Assembly (NCBI GenBank): GCA_964016885.1
Contig: OZ024741.1
Coordinates: 390,042,001 to 390,106,000 of the forward strand
Direction: 5' to 3'
DNA from: Eledone cirrhosa
Taxonomy: Eukaryota
Length of the DNA: 64,000 nucleotides
Below the pieces are notes generated by a model, which searched no databases, was not told the DNA's origin, and saw nothing but the letters and a program-made list of their open reading frames with translations. Shown here piece by piece: positions 1-13,781 of this stretch. A program made the position numbers and the translations under genes. Numbering within the stretch: position 1 is the stretch's first letter; each line of letters starts with the position of its first letter.

Positions 1-115
1 AAAACAAAGAAGGACTGTTAACATTGGGGTTATGTCTCTGACCTAAGGACAACTTCCTCCACCCAGTTTCAGGGGACCTGAAGAGTCATGGATACTAACC
101 TTACTTTTCTAACTA

Positions 116-1210
116 CATGGGTGCATAAAAGATGTAGTGGGATCACAGGTAAGCTAACTAAGAACTTAGATTTTACATGTGGGCGGTGCTCTGGTGCAAT
201 AAGTAGCAGCGAGTGCCCACAAAATACTAACTCTTTCAACTGCGCAGAGGGCTCTATAGAAATAGTGGACAGCTTCCGTTACCTGGGTGACAAAATCAGC
301 AGTGGGGGTGGGTGCTACGAAAGTACAGTAGCTAGAGTCAGAACTGGATGGAAAAAGTTCAGAGAGCTTATACCACTATTAGCCGCTAAAGGGTTCTCCC
401 TAAAAATGAAAGGCAGGTTGTATGATGCCTGCATACGAACAGCAATGTTGCATGGCAGTGAGACCTGGGCATTGTATGCAGAGGATATACGCAGACTAGA
501 GAGGAACGAAGCTTGCATGCTCCGATGGATGTGTAATAGTAATATACGTGAACGGCAAAGCATAAACGAACTAAGGAAAAAATTAGAAATAAGAGGGATC
601 GGATGTTGTTTACTCGAGAGAAGGCTACGTTGGTACGGACACGTGATGCGCATGAAAGTCGATAGCTGTATAACAAAGTGCAGGGCAATAAAGATAGACG
701 GTAGCCACGGAATAGGCAGACCTAGAAAATCCTGGGACGAGCTGATAAACTCCGACCTCACACACTTACACCTCTCCAAGACAATGTCACTGGACCGAGA
801 CCTTTGGCGGTACTCAGTAATAGAGAAGACCCGCCTTACCTAAATACATAGTAAAACCTACTACAGCCAGTAGGCATCTCTAACAACCCCGTCCCACCAC
901 CCCCATCCACACCACCCCTCCTATGTAAAGTTATGTTGGTGCCACAACATCCAGGCCGAAACAAATGAGATCGTGTAGGTGTCACGACAAAAAAACACAC
1001 AGTCCACGCTGTAATGTGGCCGTGTAGGCAACACGGTAAAAACCTCCCAGTCCCACACTGTAAATGTGGTTGGTGTTAGGAAGGGCATCCAACTGTAGAA
1101 AACCTGCCAGACAGTCCTATGCGAGCAAGACAATCACTCTTGCCTCAAGTGGGAATACCCCCGTCCAAACCCATGCAAGCGTGGAACACGGACGTTAAAC
1201 GTTGATGATG
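116..1210 (+). mobile_element. RTE-clade LINE (family A), 5'-truncated 3' fragment with 3' UTR and (GAT)n tail
   Basis: ORF 88-843 has the RTE C-terminal motifs [34 protein letters not shown] and GRPRKSW. It is closely similar to the copies at 18013-20709 and 58505-59635 and ends in ...gacgttaaacgttgatgatg. Confidence 0.93.
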
Positions 1211-1934
1211 AATATTATAAAAAATTTCACATAACCACAAACTAATATAACTAAATATTTTTACAGACTAATGCCAGCTTGGTCATAGAAGAGTAACCAT
1301 TATTAGCAAAGCTGAGTGTGGTCAATTAACAGTAATTGGTAGAACGTAAGATACCATGCTTCACAGCATATAGTTAAGGCCCTTTACATTCTGATTTCAA
1401 ATCCTGCCAAGGTTAGCTTTGCTTTTCGTCCTTATGGGGCCAATAAAATAAAGCGCCAGTAACGCACTGGAATCAATTTAATCAACTTTCACCTCCCCCA
1501 AAATTGTTGGCCTTGTGGCTAAGTCAGAAACCATTATTAGCAAAGCTGGATTAAATCCTCTTGAGACCCTAAGCGCTTAAAAGATTGTGGTGACCCCATA
1601 TATGAAGTCTGCAAAAAAATGTTCTTTTTAGGAAAAATACATTTAATTTGAATAAAATAGTGGCCTTCTTCCATTAATAGAGATAAGTACATACTCTATT
1701 AACATTTGTGATTGGTAACCTTAATGGTTAATCCAGTTCTATTTATTAGACAAGCTAAACTCTCTAGATTTCTTATTTAAACAAAAAGTAATTTATCAAA
1801 CTTAACTGAAAAGCTTCAGATAAGATTGTTGTTTTTTTCTTTTGTTGCATATATATTTCACATTTGTTTATCAATAAGTCACAGTTCTGAAAAAGTTTAT
1901 ATATATATATATATGTGTATGTCTGTGTGTGTGT

Positions 1935-2532
1935 GAAAGATAACCTGCTGAAGGTGGCAAACGAAATATCTAGGGCGAAGGAGAGTGACTTGGTGATGGA
2001 ACAGTAGGGTAGAGGAGAAAATTAAGGCCAAAAGACAGGCATGGAAAGAATGGCAGAATGTGGGGATTAGAGAACACTACCAGGAGGCTAGGAGAGAAGC
2101 TAGGCGACAAGTGTACTTTGCAAGAAGCGAAGCAGAAGATATGAAATTTAAGCAGGTTCTCCAGAGTGAGGACAAAAGGCATGAGGTGTTCAGGATTGTG
2201 GGGCAATGTGTCAAGGAAAATTGTGATACTGTTGGGAAGAAGTGTGTCCACGATGATAACAGAATACTCACCCTCACTGATATTGAAAGGAAGGTGGCAT
2301 GGAAGTGCCACTATGAAAGATTACTGAATGAGGAGAATGAATGGGATGAAGATAGTTTGCCTCAAATTGACCAAACAGAGGGTCCGACTGTACAAGTTAG
2401 TAGTAATATAATAAGGCAATCGAAGATATGAAGACTGGCAAAGCAGCTGGACATAATTGCTGAGATGCTGAAAGCATCTGGGGTGGTGGGTCACACCATA
2501 GTCACCCGTATTATAAACCAAGTAATACAAAA
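1935..2532 (+). mobile_element. Degenerate internal RTE LINE fragment (region upstream of RT)
   Basis: Translates as YQEARREARRQVYFAR...VAWKCHYERLLNEENEWD, homologous to ORF 18394-20511, with frameshifts. Confidence 0.88.
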
Positions 2533-2780
2533 TGAAAATTAATATGAATAATAATAATACTTTCTTCATAATAATAGTAATAATTGTTTCTACATTTGGC
2601 ACAAGGCCAGCAATTATCTCACTGTATTACTAGTGCTTTATTTGATCGACCCCGTAAGGATGAAAGGCAAAGTTAACCTCAGCGGGAATAACCGTTTCTT
2701 TATAACCATAATAATAATAATAAGGATGATGATGATGAAAACAAAATGTTTATCATGTAACCTCAACTTTGATATTTCAG

Positions 2781-2926
2781 TTAAGCATCGATAACAACGA
2801 CATGCAGAGAGAAGTAATGAGATTAAAGAAAAAGTTATCTTTACTTGAAGAAGAGAACGTATTAGATTCTATTGAAAATGCTTTCATGCAGTTTCATGTA
2901 TTCCTAGACATCCTGCGTGATGCTGG
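2781..2926 (+). CDS. Internal coding exon of unidentified host gene A (coiled-coil-like)
   Basis: tttcag| acceptor and |gtgagt donor. Open frame [49 protein letters not shown]. The phase-2 end joins the exon at 4468 in frame. Confidence 0.8.
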
Positions 2927-4467
2927 GTGAGTATTTCATGATTAGCCCTTATTTTCATCAAAATCAGGTGAACTCTAACATACTTAGGAACTAGTTTTGT
3001 GCTAATGTTGTACTGTAAGTCTTTCTGTAACTGTATTTCATTTCAAACAAATAATGATAATTCTGGGAACAACAACAACAATGGTTGCTGAATTAGGCAC
3101 AAGGCCAATAATTTGGGGAAGGGAAAGTCAATAAAATCAACCCCAATGCATTGCTGGTACTTTATTTTATCAACACCCATAAGAATGAAAGGTAAAGCTA
3201 ACCTTAATGGGATTTGAACTCAGAATATAAAGGGACGTAACTATGTGCTGCAAAGCAAGTTGTCCAATGCTTTACCGATACTGTCAATACCCCGTCCAAA
3301 CAACAACAATAATAATGGTTTTTAATTTAGGCACATGGCCAACTATTTTGGGGGAGATTAAAAGTTGATATAATCTACCTCCAACTCTTGACTGGTACTT
3401 TATTTTATTGATAGGATGAAAGGCAAAGGTGACCTTGGCAGGATTTGAACTCAGAACACAAAGCATTTTTAAATATCACAAGGCATTTTTTTCTAATTCT
3501 GCCAGTTCACCACCCTTAACAACATTTGTAATAATAATAATAAGTTCTTTAATTGTCACAGCAGAAAATGAGGAACATTACAAAGACAGGCTACAAAAGC
3601 AGTGGGAGTTTTAGATTAAGCGAATACTTTCACCAACCACAAGAATCTATAGAGTTAATTTAACCCTTTAGCATTAAAACCGGCCATATCCAGCCAGAAT
3701 TCTCTCACTTATTTCTGTTCAAACTGGCTGAAATTGGCCACTCATACTTATGTGAAGGTATTGTTCTCAAAATGAATAATATCAAAATCTCATCGATTCA
3801 ATATTATGTGAGATAAAGCCTTTACCACAAAAGTACAATAGTAAATATAGAGTAATGTAAATGCTCAAGCGTTAATACTTTCACCAATCACAAGAGTCTA
3901 TAGAGCATGTATGTACTTATCTCCAGTTTGTGAAGCATTAACTCTTAACATCCTGCAATGATTTAACAGAAAATATTTCAAATGGGTTTGTTAATTCAAA
4001 TGTTTATAGCAACTTTATTAGTGGACAGAAAATTTACAGTATTAACATAAGGATTTTAATTTTTAATGTAATGCAATCATGGTGCTTTCTTGTTCCTTTT
4101 CAAGAATATTTTGCTAATGTTATACAGCATGTTAAGAGTTAAAGTGAATAAGTGATAAATCCCTCTTTGAATATACTGCTAATCTATAAGCTATTCATCA
4201 AAACTAGAAATAGCAAACAAATTTCCTTTAAATCCAATTCCTACCATTTTAAACTCAAAGCAATAGTAGAAAACATTTGCCTAAAATACCACACAATGCA
4301 CTTAAACATGAAACCATGTGGTTGCAAAACAAACTCCTTAACCATACAGCCATGCTTGTACCTATTTATCATTTTAGAAATATTTTTAAAAGACATTTTT
4401 ATTTTTACATTTTTCATATTGTTAAACATATATTTTTTTTTTCTTCTAATTTCACTTCTGTTTACAG

Positions 4468-4698
4468 GTTTGGGCAATTGATCAGTATGGCTGGCATTGA
4501 CAGCCACTCTCTTTCCCTATTTAAAGTCATATCTTCAAGAGGGACACTTACTTCTGCATTGGAAACCAGTCCAAATATGGAGACATTTCCACTGGAAACT
4601 GAGAACTCAGAAGGATCAAAACTAAGAAAACCAACAACAGCCACAAGCCACAGTGGGGCTCAAGAAGAGCGGCAAATAAACTCTGATTGTAATCAATG
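4468..4698 (+). CDS. Internal coding exon of host gene A
   Basis: Polypyrimidine tract with tttacag| acceptor and |gtaaca donor. Reads [20 protein letters not shown]...SDCNQ. Phase 2/2, compatible with both neighbouring exons. Confidence 0.75.
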
Positions 4699-5122
4699 GT
4701 AACATGAATGTTCTAAATTTGATTGAATTGGAAAATTTTGACATTTTCATAGTCAATTTTTCTTGAAGCACTATCATCATCATCATCTCATCATCAGCAT
4801 CATATCACCATCAAATCATCATCATCATCATCATCATCACAACCATCATCACTATCACCATCATTATCATCATTATTGTTTTACGTCTGATTTCCATGCT
4901 GGCCTGAATTGGGACAAGTTGACATGGTCTGGGACAAAATAGGTCAGAGGAACACATCTCATATGTTCCATATTTGGCATGGTTGCTATAATCAGATGCC
5001 CCTCTAAATGCCGTCTACAGGATGCATTGTATCATGACAGCAACTCTACAATTTTACAGAGTGTACTAGGTGCATTTTATTGTGGCACCATCACTCCCAC
5101 TTTACAGAGTCTACTGGATATA

Positions 5123-5726
5123 TAGGGTTGCTCAGTTCTTTGAGGATATTTACATGGATTTAGTAAAAGTCATGAAAGAAGAGCTTTGTCTGAGAAACAT
5201 TTGGCATGAATAATCTTGAGACTCTTCTTGATAGATCTACTCAGTGAATCCTCCATTAGCATCAATATGAGGACTGAAACGTGGACCTGCCTGGCTTGAT
5301 ATTTCAACTTTCTCAACAAGCACTTTGCACAGATCAGATGGTTATCTTTTGTCTTTACAAACACATATGACCCTGAAACCTTGATCTCCTTAGCAATGGT
5401 GCTAATTGACTTTCTGGAGTTCTTAACGATAATTTTCTACACCTTTTGCATAAATTTGGGTGTTCTGATGGTTTTAAGACCCATAAATTTGGCTACTGCT
5501 GTAGAATCTCCATCAGTGGCTTCAAACTCTTTTGCAAACTTTGACTAGAAATGACCATGCAACTTTCACTATGCTCTGCCTTTAAAGGAACAATTACAGC
5601 GTGACTTTTCCTTTGCTGAGTTAGCTTGATGTCTGTCATCATTTATCTGAAAAGAAATGATAATCAGAAGATAAAAAAATAGTAGAGCTATTAAAAGTTG
5701 AATCCTCAACAAACTGAGCAGTCCTG
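5123..5726 (-). mobile_element. Internally deleted Tc1/mariner-type DNA transposon
   Basis: Imperfect ~27-bp TIRs (tagggttgctcagttctttgaggat / atcctcaacaaactgagcagtcctg) flanked by TA. The minus strand gives a decayed transposase HTH region: IRTPKFMQKV*KIIVKNSRKSISTIAKEIKVS...KDNHLICAKCLLRKLK. Confidence 0.72.
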
Positions 5727-6007
5727 TAATATGGCAACAACACTATCATTCTACAGGGTGTACTTTATGAATCCTGTCATAGCACCAGCAATACAACTTT
5801 ACAGAGTGTACTGAGTGCATCTAATTGTGGAACCAGCACAATAGTTTTACAAAATCAGTGGTTGGTGTGGCATGTTGATCAATGAATTTTTGACATCCAT
5901 TTGAATGATCTTATGGGTGTAGTTTGTAAATGTAGCTACAGCAGCCTCCTAGATATGTAAGCAGTTATTGCCAATGTCTTACAAGTAAGTCTGTATTGAG
6001 CATATAA

Positions 6008-6238
6008 TTGTTTCTACTTTAGGGACAAAGCCAGCAACTCTGGGGGAGGGAAAAGTCGATTAAATCATCAACCCCAGTGTATTACTGGGGTTGATAAAAT
6101 AAAGCTATTTTATCAACCCCATAAGGATGAAAGGCAAAGCTAACCACAGCGGAATTTGAATTCGGACTGCAAAGGGCCGTAACTCTGTGCTGCAAAGCTT
6201 GGCGTCTGACCCTCTACTGACACTGCCAATCCACCGCC
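6008..6238 (-). mobile_element. tRNA-derived SINE (abundant family, Deu/Nin-domain-like core)
   Basis: Reverse complement of the repeat carrying a B-box (gagttcaaatcc) and the ctttcatcctt-n-ggggtcgataaaataaagtaccag core. Related copies at ~1330-1537, 2590-2690, 3090-3290 and 3315-3515. Confidence 0.65.
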
Positions 6239-7289
6239 TTTGTATTGAGCATATAATAATTCCTACTACTAACGATGGGTAGTGAAACCCTTGCTAGCAG
6301 GGAAAACAGATGTTATAACAATGATGATGATGATGATCCTCCATCAGTTTAGATGTTGACCATCCACTTTTTCAATTAACAGAATATTTTATGCATTAAA
6401 TATTTTTAATGTCTATGTGACTAAGTATTTCTTAATACATTTCCCAAACAGGATCAGTGTGAAACAATATGATTAAGCTGGGCTTTTGAATTACAGTTAC
6501 AATCCAGCTGATAGACTTCTGCATAGTTTCTGTCTACCTTGATTCACTCACAAGGTTTAGGTTGAACCAAGGCTATGGTAAAAAAAAAACATTTGGATAT
6601 TTTGCTACACTGTAGGATTACCACTGGTGGTGGTGCTAGTGGTGGGGGTTGGGGTGATGATATACTGTAGTCTGTTTAATTTTCTTGTGTTGTGCACCAT
6701 CCCATCCCATACCATCCAACATAAAATTTTAGAAATCAAAGTTTTCCTAATTAACCAACTTGTCTGTATTGTGTGTCTATCTACTTAATGTTATTCTTCC
6801 TTCCTCCTCTTCAGATGTGTTTCTTACTTTAGGCAATGTTTTCACTTAACCCTTTTGACACCAACCTGCCCAAAACTGCCTTTGTTTCTATGAAACAAAA
6901 CTATCCATTTTAAAGGGTTCCTACTTAAATTAAAACCATTTAACATAATTTTATATAAGAACATTTTGTTATTTTACGAATATCATCTTAATGAAATTAC
7001 AATTTTAGTAAACACTTCACAAATTCTTCATTAATTAATTAAAATGCAAAGTATTTAATTAGAAATGCAATAATGAAAAGGTTAATCTATGGCAGTAAAT
7101 ACAGGTTAATTAGCCCTACCTTGGTTGCTGTTTTTGTCAGATGTAGCAGCACTGTCAGATAGGGCTGCTTTAAGAAATATGAAAGCCATAAAATTTAGAA
7201 ATATAATTTTTATCTATTCTTTTTTGAAAATTGAACTACCAAGCATAAATGTTCTGAATTTATTTACAATTTTATAATTTTTTTCACAG

Positions 7290-8391
7290 TCAAAGTTTTA
7301 GAAAGAACTTAAAAGAAGACCTGCAGTCACAACATACCAAAACACTAAATTTAAACTCCACATTTCAACTATCGCCAAATGAATCTATCAATGGAAGATC
7401 AAAAGCTCCGGTCCAGGATCCCCAATCACCACAGAGTAATTTTAAGAAAAAACCTTCAACAGTTGACAAAGAAAAGAAAATTAAAGAAACTATGCTTAAG
7501 AATATGGGCCACACATTTCCAAATGGTTCTCATATTTCTCACTCTCCAGATTTATATTTGGATTCAAAGGTTCCTGCTTTTACAGTTGAAACACAAACTA
7601 CAAATACTGAGTTGCCACAACATGATATTTCCCTGCAAAAAGGTTTTACAAGGTCACAAATAATTGAAAACCTTGCTCAAAAGGTGAGCCTTCTGAAAAA
7701 GGAGAATAGTGATGGTAAAACTAGTGGTAATGCTAAGAGAATTGTCAAAGGTGTTACTGGTGGTTATGTTAATGGTAGTACTAATAATGGTAGTATTAGT
7801 AGTGGTTATATTAACAAGGGTATTGTTAATGACAGTTATGTTAACAGTGGTACTGTTAATGGTTGTACTTCCCCAACAGACCAAACTCATGTTAAGAGGT
7901 CAAATAATGGATGTAATGCAGTTGATGAAGAAGTGAATCAAATGTGGCAAAATGGAGACTCAAAAATGCAATCTTTTATCAGAAATACTGACGAAAAGAA
8001 AAATGATTATTTCCAAGATGAAGATAATGAAGCTGTTCACTATTCTGTTTCAGAATCTGCTATTTGTAAAAATCAGAATGACCCTCCTTCTGATTTCAAT
8101 TTTGCTAATGAGAAATCTGAAGACAATTACAACTGTTTGACATCCCCGCAAAGTAGTGGATCATCTAAATTGAAGCTGTTGGAGTCACTGATTGAGGAAG
8201 AATCAGATTCCTCAGAAAGAAATAGTTACAATGGTTATTCTTCAGATTCATTTGAAACTTTTTCAAGCAATAATCACTGCAATCATGCATTAGTTCGATC
8301 AAACTCAACCCCCAAATCTATTCCAAATCTTGTGAATAATAATTCCTGTGATACATCACCTCTCAGGTCATTTAGTGATGAAACCTTCTAG
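7290..8391 (+). CDS. Terminal coding exon of host gene A (Ser/Asn-rich, probably disordered)
   Basis: ttttcacag| acceptor at 7289. The frame is open from 7291 and in frame with ORF 7492-8391, ending at TAG 8389-8391. AATAAA signals follow at ~8445 and ~8627. Confidence 0.8.
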
Positions 8392-8681
8392 ACTCTAATC
8401 TGTAAACAAGAAAAAATGTTTTTCTTAAAATTATAGAAAGAGAAAATAAAATTTATTTAAGATATATTTACATTAAATATCCCTCAAAAATAGATTTCTA
8501 TCTTTTATATGTAAAAACATTTTTCTGGACAATTTTTGTAGTTTTTTATGATATAATCTCCATTGAAATATTGAATCACCTCCACATATTTGTATCAAAG
8601 TAATTCATTAAAGTAAAAAAAAAATTAATAAAATAAATTGAATAACGAAAAGAAAATATTTGTACAGTAAACATTATTTTA

Positions 8682-8868
8682 GTGGATTGGCAGTATCGTT
8701 AGAGAGTCGGACGCCATGCTTTGATGCATAGAGTTACAGCCTTTGCCATTCTGAGTTCAAATCCCGCCGAGATTAACTTTGCCTTTCATCTTTACGGGAT
8801 CGATAAAATAAAGTGCCAGTAATCCTCTGGGTAATTGCTGGCCTTGTGCCAAAAGTAGAAACAATCAT
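8682..8868 (+). mobile_element. tRNA-derived SINE (same family as 6008)
   Basis: A-box-like tggcagtatcgttagag, B-box gagttcaaatccc, and the conserved core gcctttcatc...gatcgataaaataaagt. Confidence 0.68.
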
Positions 8869-9714
8869 TTTATTTACCTGTTTCATATTTCATGAAATAT
8901 TTTCTTTCGTTCTTGGATGTCTTCAACAGATTCCAATTTGTTGCAAGCATTTAAGCAAAGTTTCTAGTCTATGGATATCTCCCTTTTTTCTTCCCACCAA
9001 TCTTGGAGATTCTGATAAAAATCATGTCTGCTGTCTTTCTTCTGTCTAAACAATTAAAAAACAAAATATCATTTCATCTTCTTGTTCTGTTTTATTTATA
9101 TCATCATCATCATCATTGCAACCACAGTCGAACATTCCTGACAAAGTATCTTCACAATTCCCAATTTTCCATTGCTCCTGGCAACTGCTCCCTACAGAGC
9201 TTTGAATTGTCTGATAGTTGATTGATGAATGTTCAAGCATGTCTTCCTCTACTGCATCTCTCATGAGTTAGTTCCTGCTTGTGTATAACTTGTGTATAAC
9301 TTCCTGATTACTTCTCCAGCAATGTCCTGCAGATTGTAATCATCTTTGAGCAATTATAATTGTTATCTTGAGCAAGTTTCCTTATAAACTTTCATTTGTA
9401 AAATGTTGACGCCAGTTTATGTTTTGTACAACTCTAGGCATTTTAATGTATGCACCATCTAGTTTCTTCTCAAGTGCTTATCTCAGGGTCCATGTGCCTG
9501 ATCCATACAACACTGACTCAACAGATGTTCTGTTTATGTTTATCTTGTGCCAAGGTTCATATATATGATCCATGTACCTTTATTTATATATCTGAATATT
9601 TTGTACTGATTTATAGCAATACTTGTTTGTAAATATAGCTACAGTAACAGAATCATTATCTGCCCATTTGTTGTTGCTAGTAAAATAATAGTTTAAATTT
9701 ATATTTATTGTTTA

Positions 9715-9964
9715 TGGGGGGATGGTGTGGTAGTGTGGAGGAGGTGACCGGAAGCTGGGGACGATGGACCGGAGGCAGAAGAGGAAGTGACGTGAGATGC
9801 ATATTCAGGAGCATCTGTGGGGTCTCTTTCGGCTGTGACCCACGACGGACGGACGTACGAATGTGAGCTGCAACTTGGCAAACAGATTATACCCACGTGG
9901 ATGACGCATGGCTCGCAGAGTGAGCTAGCAGAATTGCGGTAAGTGCAGTAGCTTTCTCATTACA
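9715..9964 (+). repeat. 5' LTR of Gypsy element (250 bp)
   Basis: Direct repeat of 13555-13781; ends ttctcattaca. Confidence 0.93.
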
Positions 9965-12900
9965 AGCTATTTCGGCATCTGAAGACTTACAATTGGAAAA
10001 ATAAGGAAAAATGAACAATTTTTTTTTAAGACAAAGCTACTGGAAAACAGAGAGGATTCTGTTGTTTGTTACTTACCGCAGGACTAAGGAGATGGCGTCG
10101 AGATTACAGATGAGCGGAGAAGTAATTAGAGCTTTTACCGGTGAAGGTGACATCGCCTGGATGCGAAAGGTTCTGCTGGTTGCTGAGCTACAAAAGATAG
10201 ACGATGTAGCGGGCCTCATCGCACTCTATCTCGAAGGCGACGCGCTAGCGTTGTACTTCGAGATGGACGACCTCAGCCAGAGGGACGCTAAAAATATTGA
10301 GCGGCATATGATGGAAGCGTTTGCGGAAGGAACAGTGAGCATGTGGATATTTTTGCAGCGGAGATAAGGCGATTGGCCATGCTGGCTGGGTTTCAGGTGG
10401 AATGCGAACATGCGGTGCGGTTGGCATTCATAAACGGATTTCCGGATGACATCACAGTGAAACTGCAGCAAATACCTGGCTAAAAGGAAATGGAGATACG
10501 TGCACTGGTAGAGCAAGCCCGCATCATGGCAGAGGATGTCAAGAAGAGTGTTGCGGCAATAGCAGCGATGGAGGCCCGGGGCAGCCGACAGCGAAAGGGA
10601 GACAAACACGGTGCGCAGTCGCCCGCAAACGTTTAGAGGTCATTGTTTTAGGTGCCAGGGTGCACACATGGCGAGAGACTGTGTGCACCCTGGACATAAT
10701 TTGCTACCGGTTTAAGCGGCCAGGCCACATCGCTACCAGTTGCGACCAGGGAAACGGTCCAAGGGGGGCTACTGCGCCGGTAGCTACCCCGCGCTGCCCG
10801 TGGTGAAAGTCTTTGTGAGGGGAAAGCGATTACGAGCCCTCATGGACACAGGCTGTACGACGACACTAGTGACCATGGGGGTCGTGCAGAAGTGGAGAGG
10901 GAAGAAAAGCGTAAGGGCAGTCGACGGTAGGAAGATTGAATGTCGAGGTCGCAGCGAGGTGGAGATGGTGGTACGGGGAAAGAAAATAAGGCTTTCGGCC
11001 ATTGTGGTCGACTGCATGGTGGGTGGAATCGGTATAGTTATGGGCATGGACGCAATTGGCCGTTTAGGAGGCATCACAGTGAACGATGTCGGCGTGACGT
11101 TTGGCGGCACCAGACCAGTATACGCTGTGAGTACGCGACAGGAAAATGAGAAGGTCCACGAGGAAAAATATGCCGCTTACACTATACAGGATAAGGACTT
11201 CAAGGCCGTGTTCGACGGGCAACGATGGGTTGTTGAGTGGTACTGGAAGGGAGAACCACCAACACTGAAGAACAAAGTGGGCTGCTATCAGCACGCATTG
11301 AAAGGAGACACTAGGAGTGAGTTTGAGCAAGAGGTAGAGAGATGGATCGAGGAGGGCATACTGCTTCCCTGGAAAGAGGTGAAGTGGAGGTTAATGGCGG
11401 TGGTGCAACCCACGAAGAACAAGGTGAGACCGGTATTGGATTTTCGTGAGCTGAATGAGCACGTGTCGTGCCACATGGGTGGCGAGGTCACGGATGTCTA
11501 CGGGGAAACCCTGCATGAGTGGAGACGTATGACGGGGGCTTCCATGATCGTCAATTTAAAGTCGGCATATCTACAGCTACACATGGAGAAGCTGTGGCAG
11601 TGTCAGCTGGTCAGCTATAAGGGCCGGACATATTGCCTGACCAGGCTCGGTTTCGGGCTGAACTCTGCACCGAAGATCATGGTGGCAGTCCTCAAGACCA
11701 TTCTGGGAAAGGCTGACGATGAAGAGGGCTACCAATTCCTACATCGACGACATCCTAGTGGACAAGACTGTAGTGTCGACGGCGGAGGTCACAAGCCATT
11801 TACAAGGGTACGGATTACCTGCGAAGCCGTCGGAGGCGTTGGAGGGAGGAGCCGCGCTGGGACTTAGGCTGCGAAGAGATAAGACGGGTACGTTAGTATT
11901 TCGGAGGGGAAATGAACTCCCGGAACTGGGCCCAAATATGAATAGACAGGCACTCTTCTCGGCATGTAGAAAATTGGTGGGTCACTACCCAATCGCTGGG
12001 TGGCTCCGGACGGCATGCAGCTATGTCAAGAGACGAGTGGAGTGACAAAGTAGGAGAGGACGGTGGCCATGATGCAGGAGATCGTGGGCAGGGTGAAGGC
12101 CGAGGACGCTGGTATGTCCCCAAATCGCAGAGCAGGACCGTATGGTGTGATGCCAGCAGCATAGCGCTAGGTGTCACGCTGGAGATAGGAGGTGTCGAGG
12201 TCGAGGATACAGCCTGGCTTAGGAAGAAGGATGATTGCAACCACATCAATGTGGCCGAGCTGGACACAGTGTTGATAGGGGTGAACGTCACCTTGAGTTG
12301 GGGACTGTGCACCATTGAGATTCACACCGACTCGGCCACTGTACTTGGATGGGTAAGATCAGTGCTTACCAGTGAGAAGAGAGTGCGAACGAGAGGGGCG
12401 GCGGAAATGCTGATAAAGCACTGCCTGGGAACTCTAGAAGAGCTGGCTGCTGAGGTTGAGTGTGGTCTTCGTGCCCTTAGAGAAAAATAGAGCAGCCATT
12501 CTAACCAGGGTGAGGAAAGCCTGGATGGAAGCGCCGGAGGATGTAGAAGAGGAGATAACTGCTGTGTGTCGGCTGAGCAAGTCAGAACTTAAAGGGTTGC
12601 ATGACATGCACCACATGGGAGTGGATAGGCCCCTGTTCCTAGCCAAGAGAATCGACTCTGACGTTAGCAGACACAGTGTCCAGAGAGTGGTCAGAGGCTG
12701 TGTCCAATGTCAGTCTATCGATTCCGCCCCGGGTGTGCACGAGACGAGAAGTCTCCTGGTGGATCGCGACTGGAAGCGATTGGCGGTGAACGTAACACAC
12801 TACCGACAGGGAACATACCTCTCAATGGTTGACTGAGGACCGGGACGGATGGCGATATGGAGGGAAATGAAGACGGGAACTGCGGAGGAAATCACACGGA

Positions 12901-13554
12901 CATTGAGAGAGATATTCTTGGAGCGGGGCCCTGTGGATGAACTGCTGATGGACAACAACGCAGCATTCCGCTCAGAGGCGCTGAGGGAGATGCTTGATGG
13001 GTGGAAGGTGGTGCACTTCTTCAGAGCAGCATACAGGCCAAGTGGAAATGGAATCGTGGAGCGATACCACCGCACAATCAAAGCAATGGCGGAGCAGGGG
13101 CACATCTCACCAACGGAGGCAGTGTTTTGGTACAACATGTCCCCTCGGGTGGGACAGGCTGAGGAATCGGTGCCACACAGAGCAATATACAGATATGAGT
13201 GGCGGCACCCGTGCACTGTACCACAACGGCCAGTGGAGAGAGAAAACGCATTCGTACAGGTGGGTGAAGAAGTCTGGGTTAAGCCCCCAAATGCACGTTG
13301 CACATCTCAGTGGGGAAAGGGAACGGTAACGGCCGTAAATTCCCAGAATAACGTGTCCGTGGACGGAGTGCCATGTCATATACTGGATATCCGTAGAATT
13401 GTTGTGTTGACGGACTCCGAGGAAGAGGAAATCCAAAGCGCTGCCCCAACATTACGGAGATCGCAACAAGATCGCCGACCGCCTGGCTGGACGGCAGATT
13501 ATCACATGCAGCAGTGTAAGGGGGAGATTGATCCTTGAGATCAGTTGGGGGGCA

Positions 13555-13781
13555 TGTGGGGATGGTGTGGAGGAGGTGACTGGAAGCTGGGGACGATGGA
13601 CCGGAAGAGGAAGTGACGTGAGATGCGTACCCAGGAGCATCTGTGGGGTCTCATTCAGCTGTGATCCGTGATGGACGGACGTACAAATGCGAGCTGCAAC
13701 TTGACGAATGGATTATACCCACGTGGATGACGCATAGCTCACTGAGTGAGCTAGCAGAATTGCAGTAGCTTTCTCATTACA
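13555..13781 (+). repeat. 3' LTR of Gypsy element (227 bp)
   Basis: Preceded by a G-rich PPT. Differs from the 5' LTR by substitutions and three indels of 8, 6 and 9 bp. Confidence 0.93.

Larger units (their letters stand above)
9715..13781 (+). mobile_element. Full-length but decayed Ty3/Gypsy LTR retrotransposon (possibly Mag-like)
   Basis: TG...CA LTRs, GTTTA TSD at 9710-9714 and 13782-13786, and a PPT before 13555. Gag has two zinc knuckles (CFRCQGAHMARDC and CYRFKRPGHIATSC). Then protease LMDTGC, RT (VRPVLDFRELN, GFGLNSAP, YIDD), RNase H (WCDAS) and integrase (H-H-C-C, MDN, GNGIVER) in Gypsy order. Multiple frameshifts and stops. Confidence 0.95.

Noticed and set aside
315-779. Recurrent antisense ORFs opposite RTE, Gypsy and CR1 coding regions
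   Set aside because: Shadow frames of retroelement ORFs; they recur only because the element is repeated.
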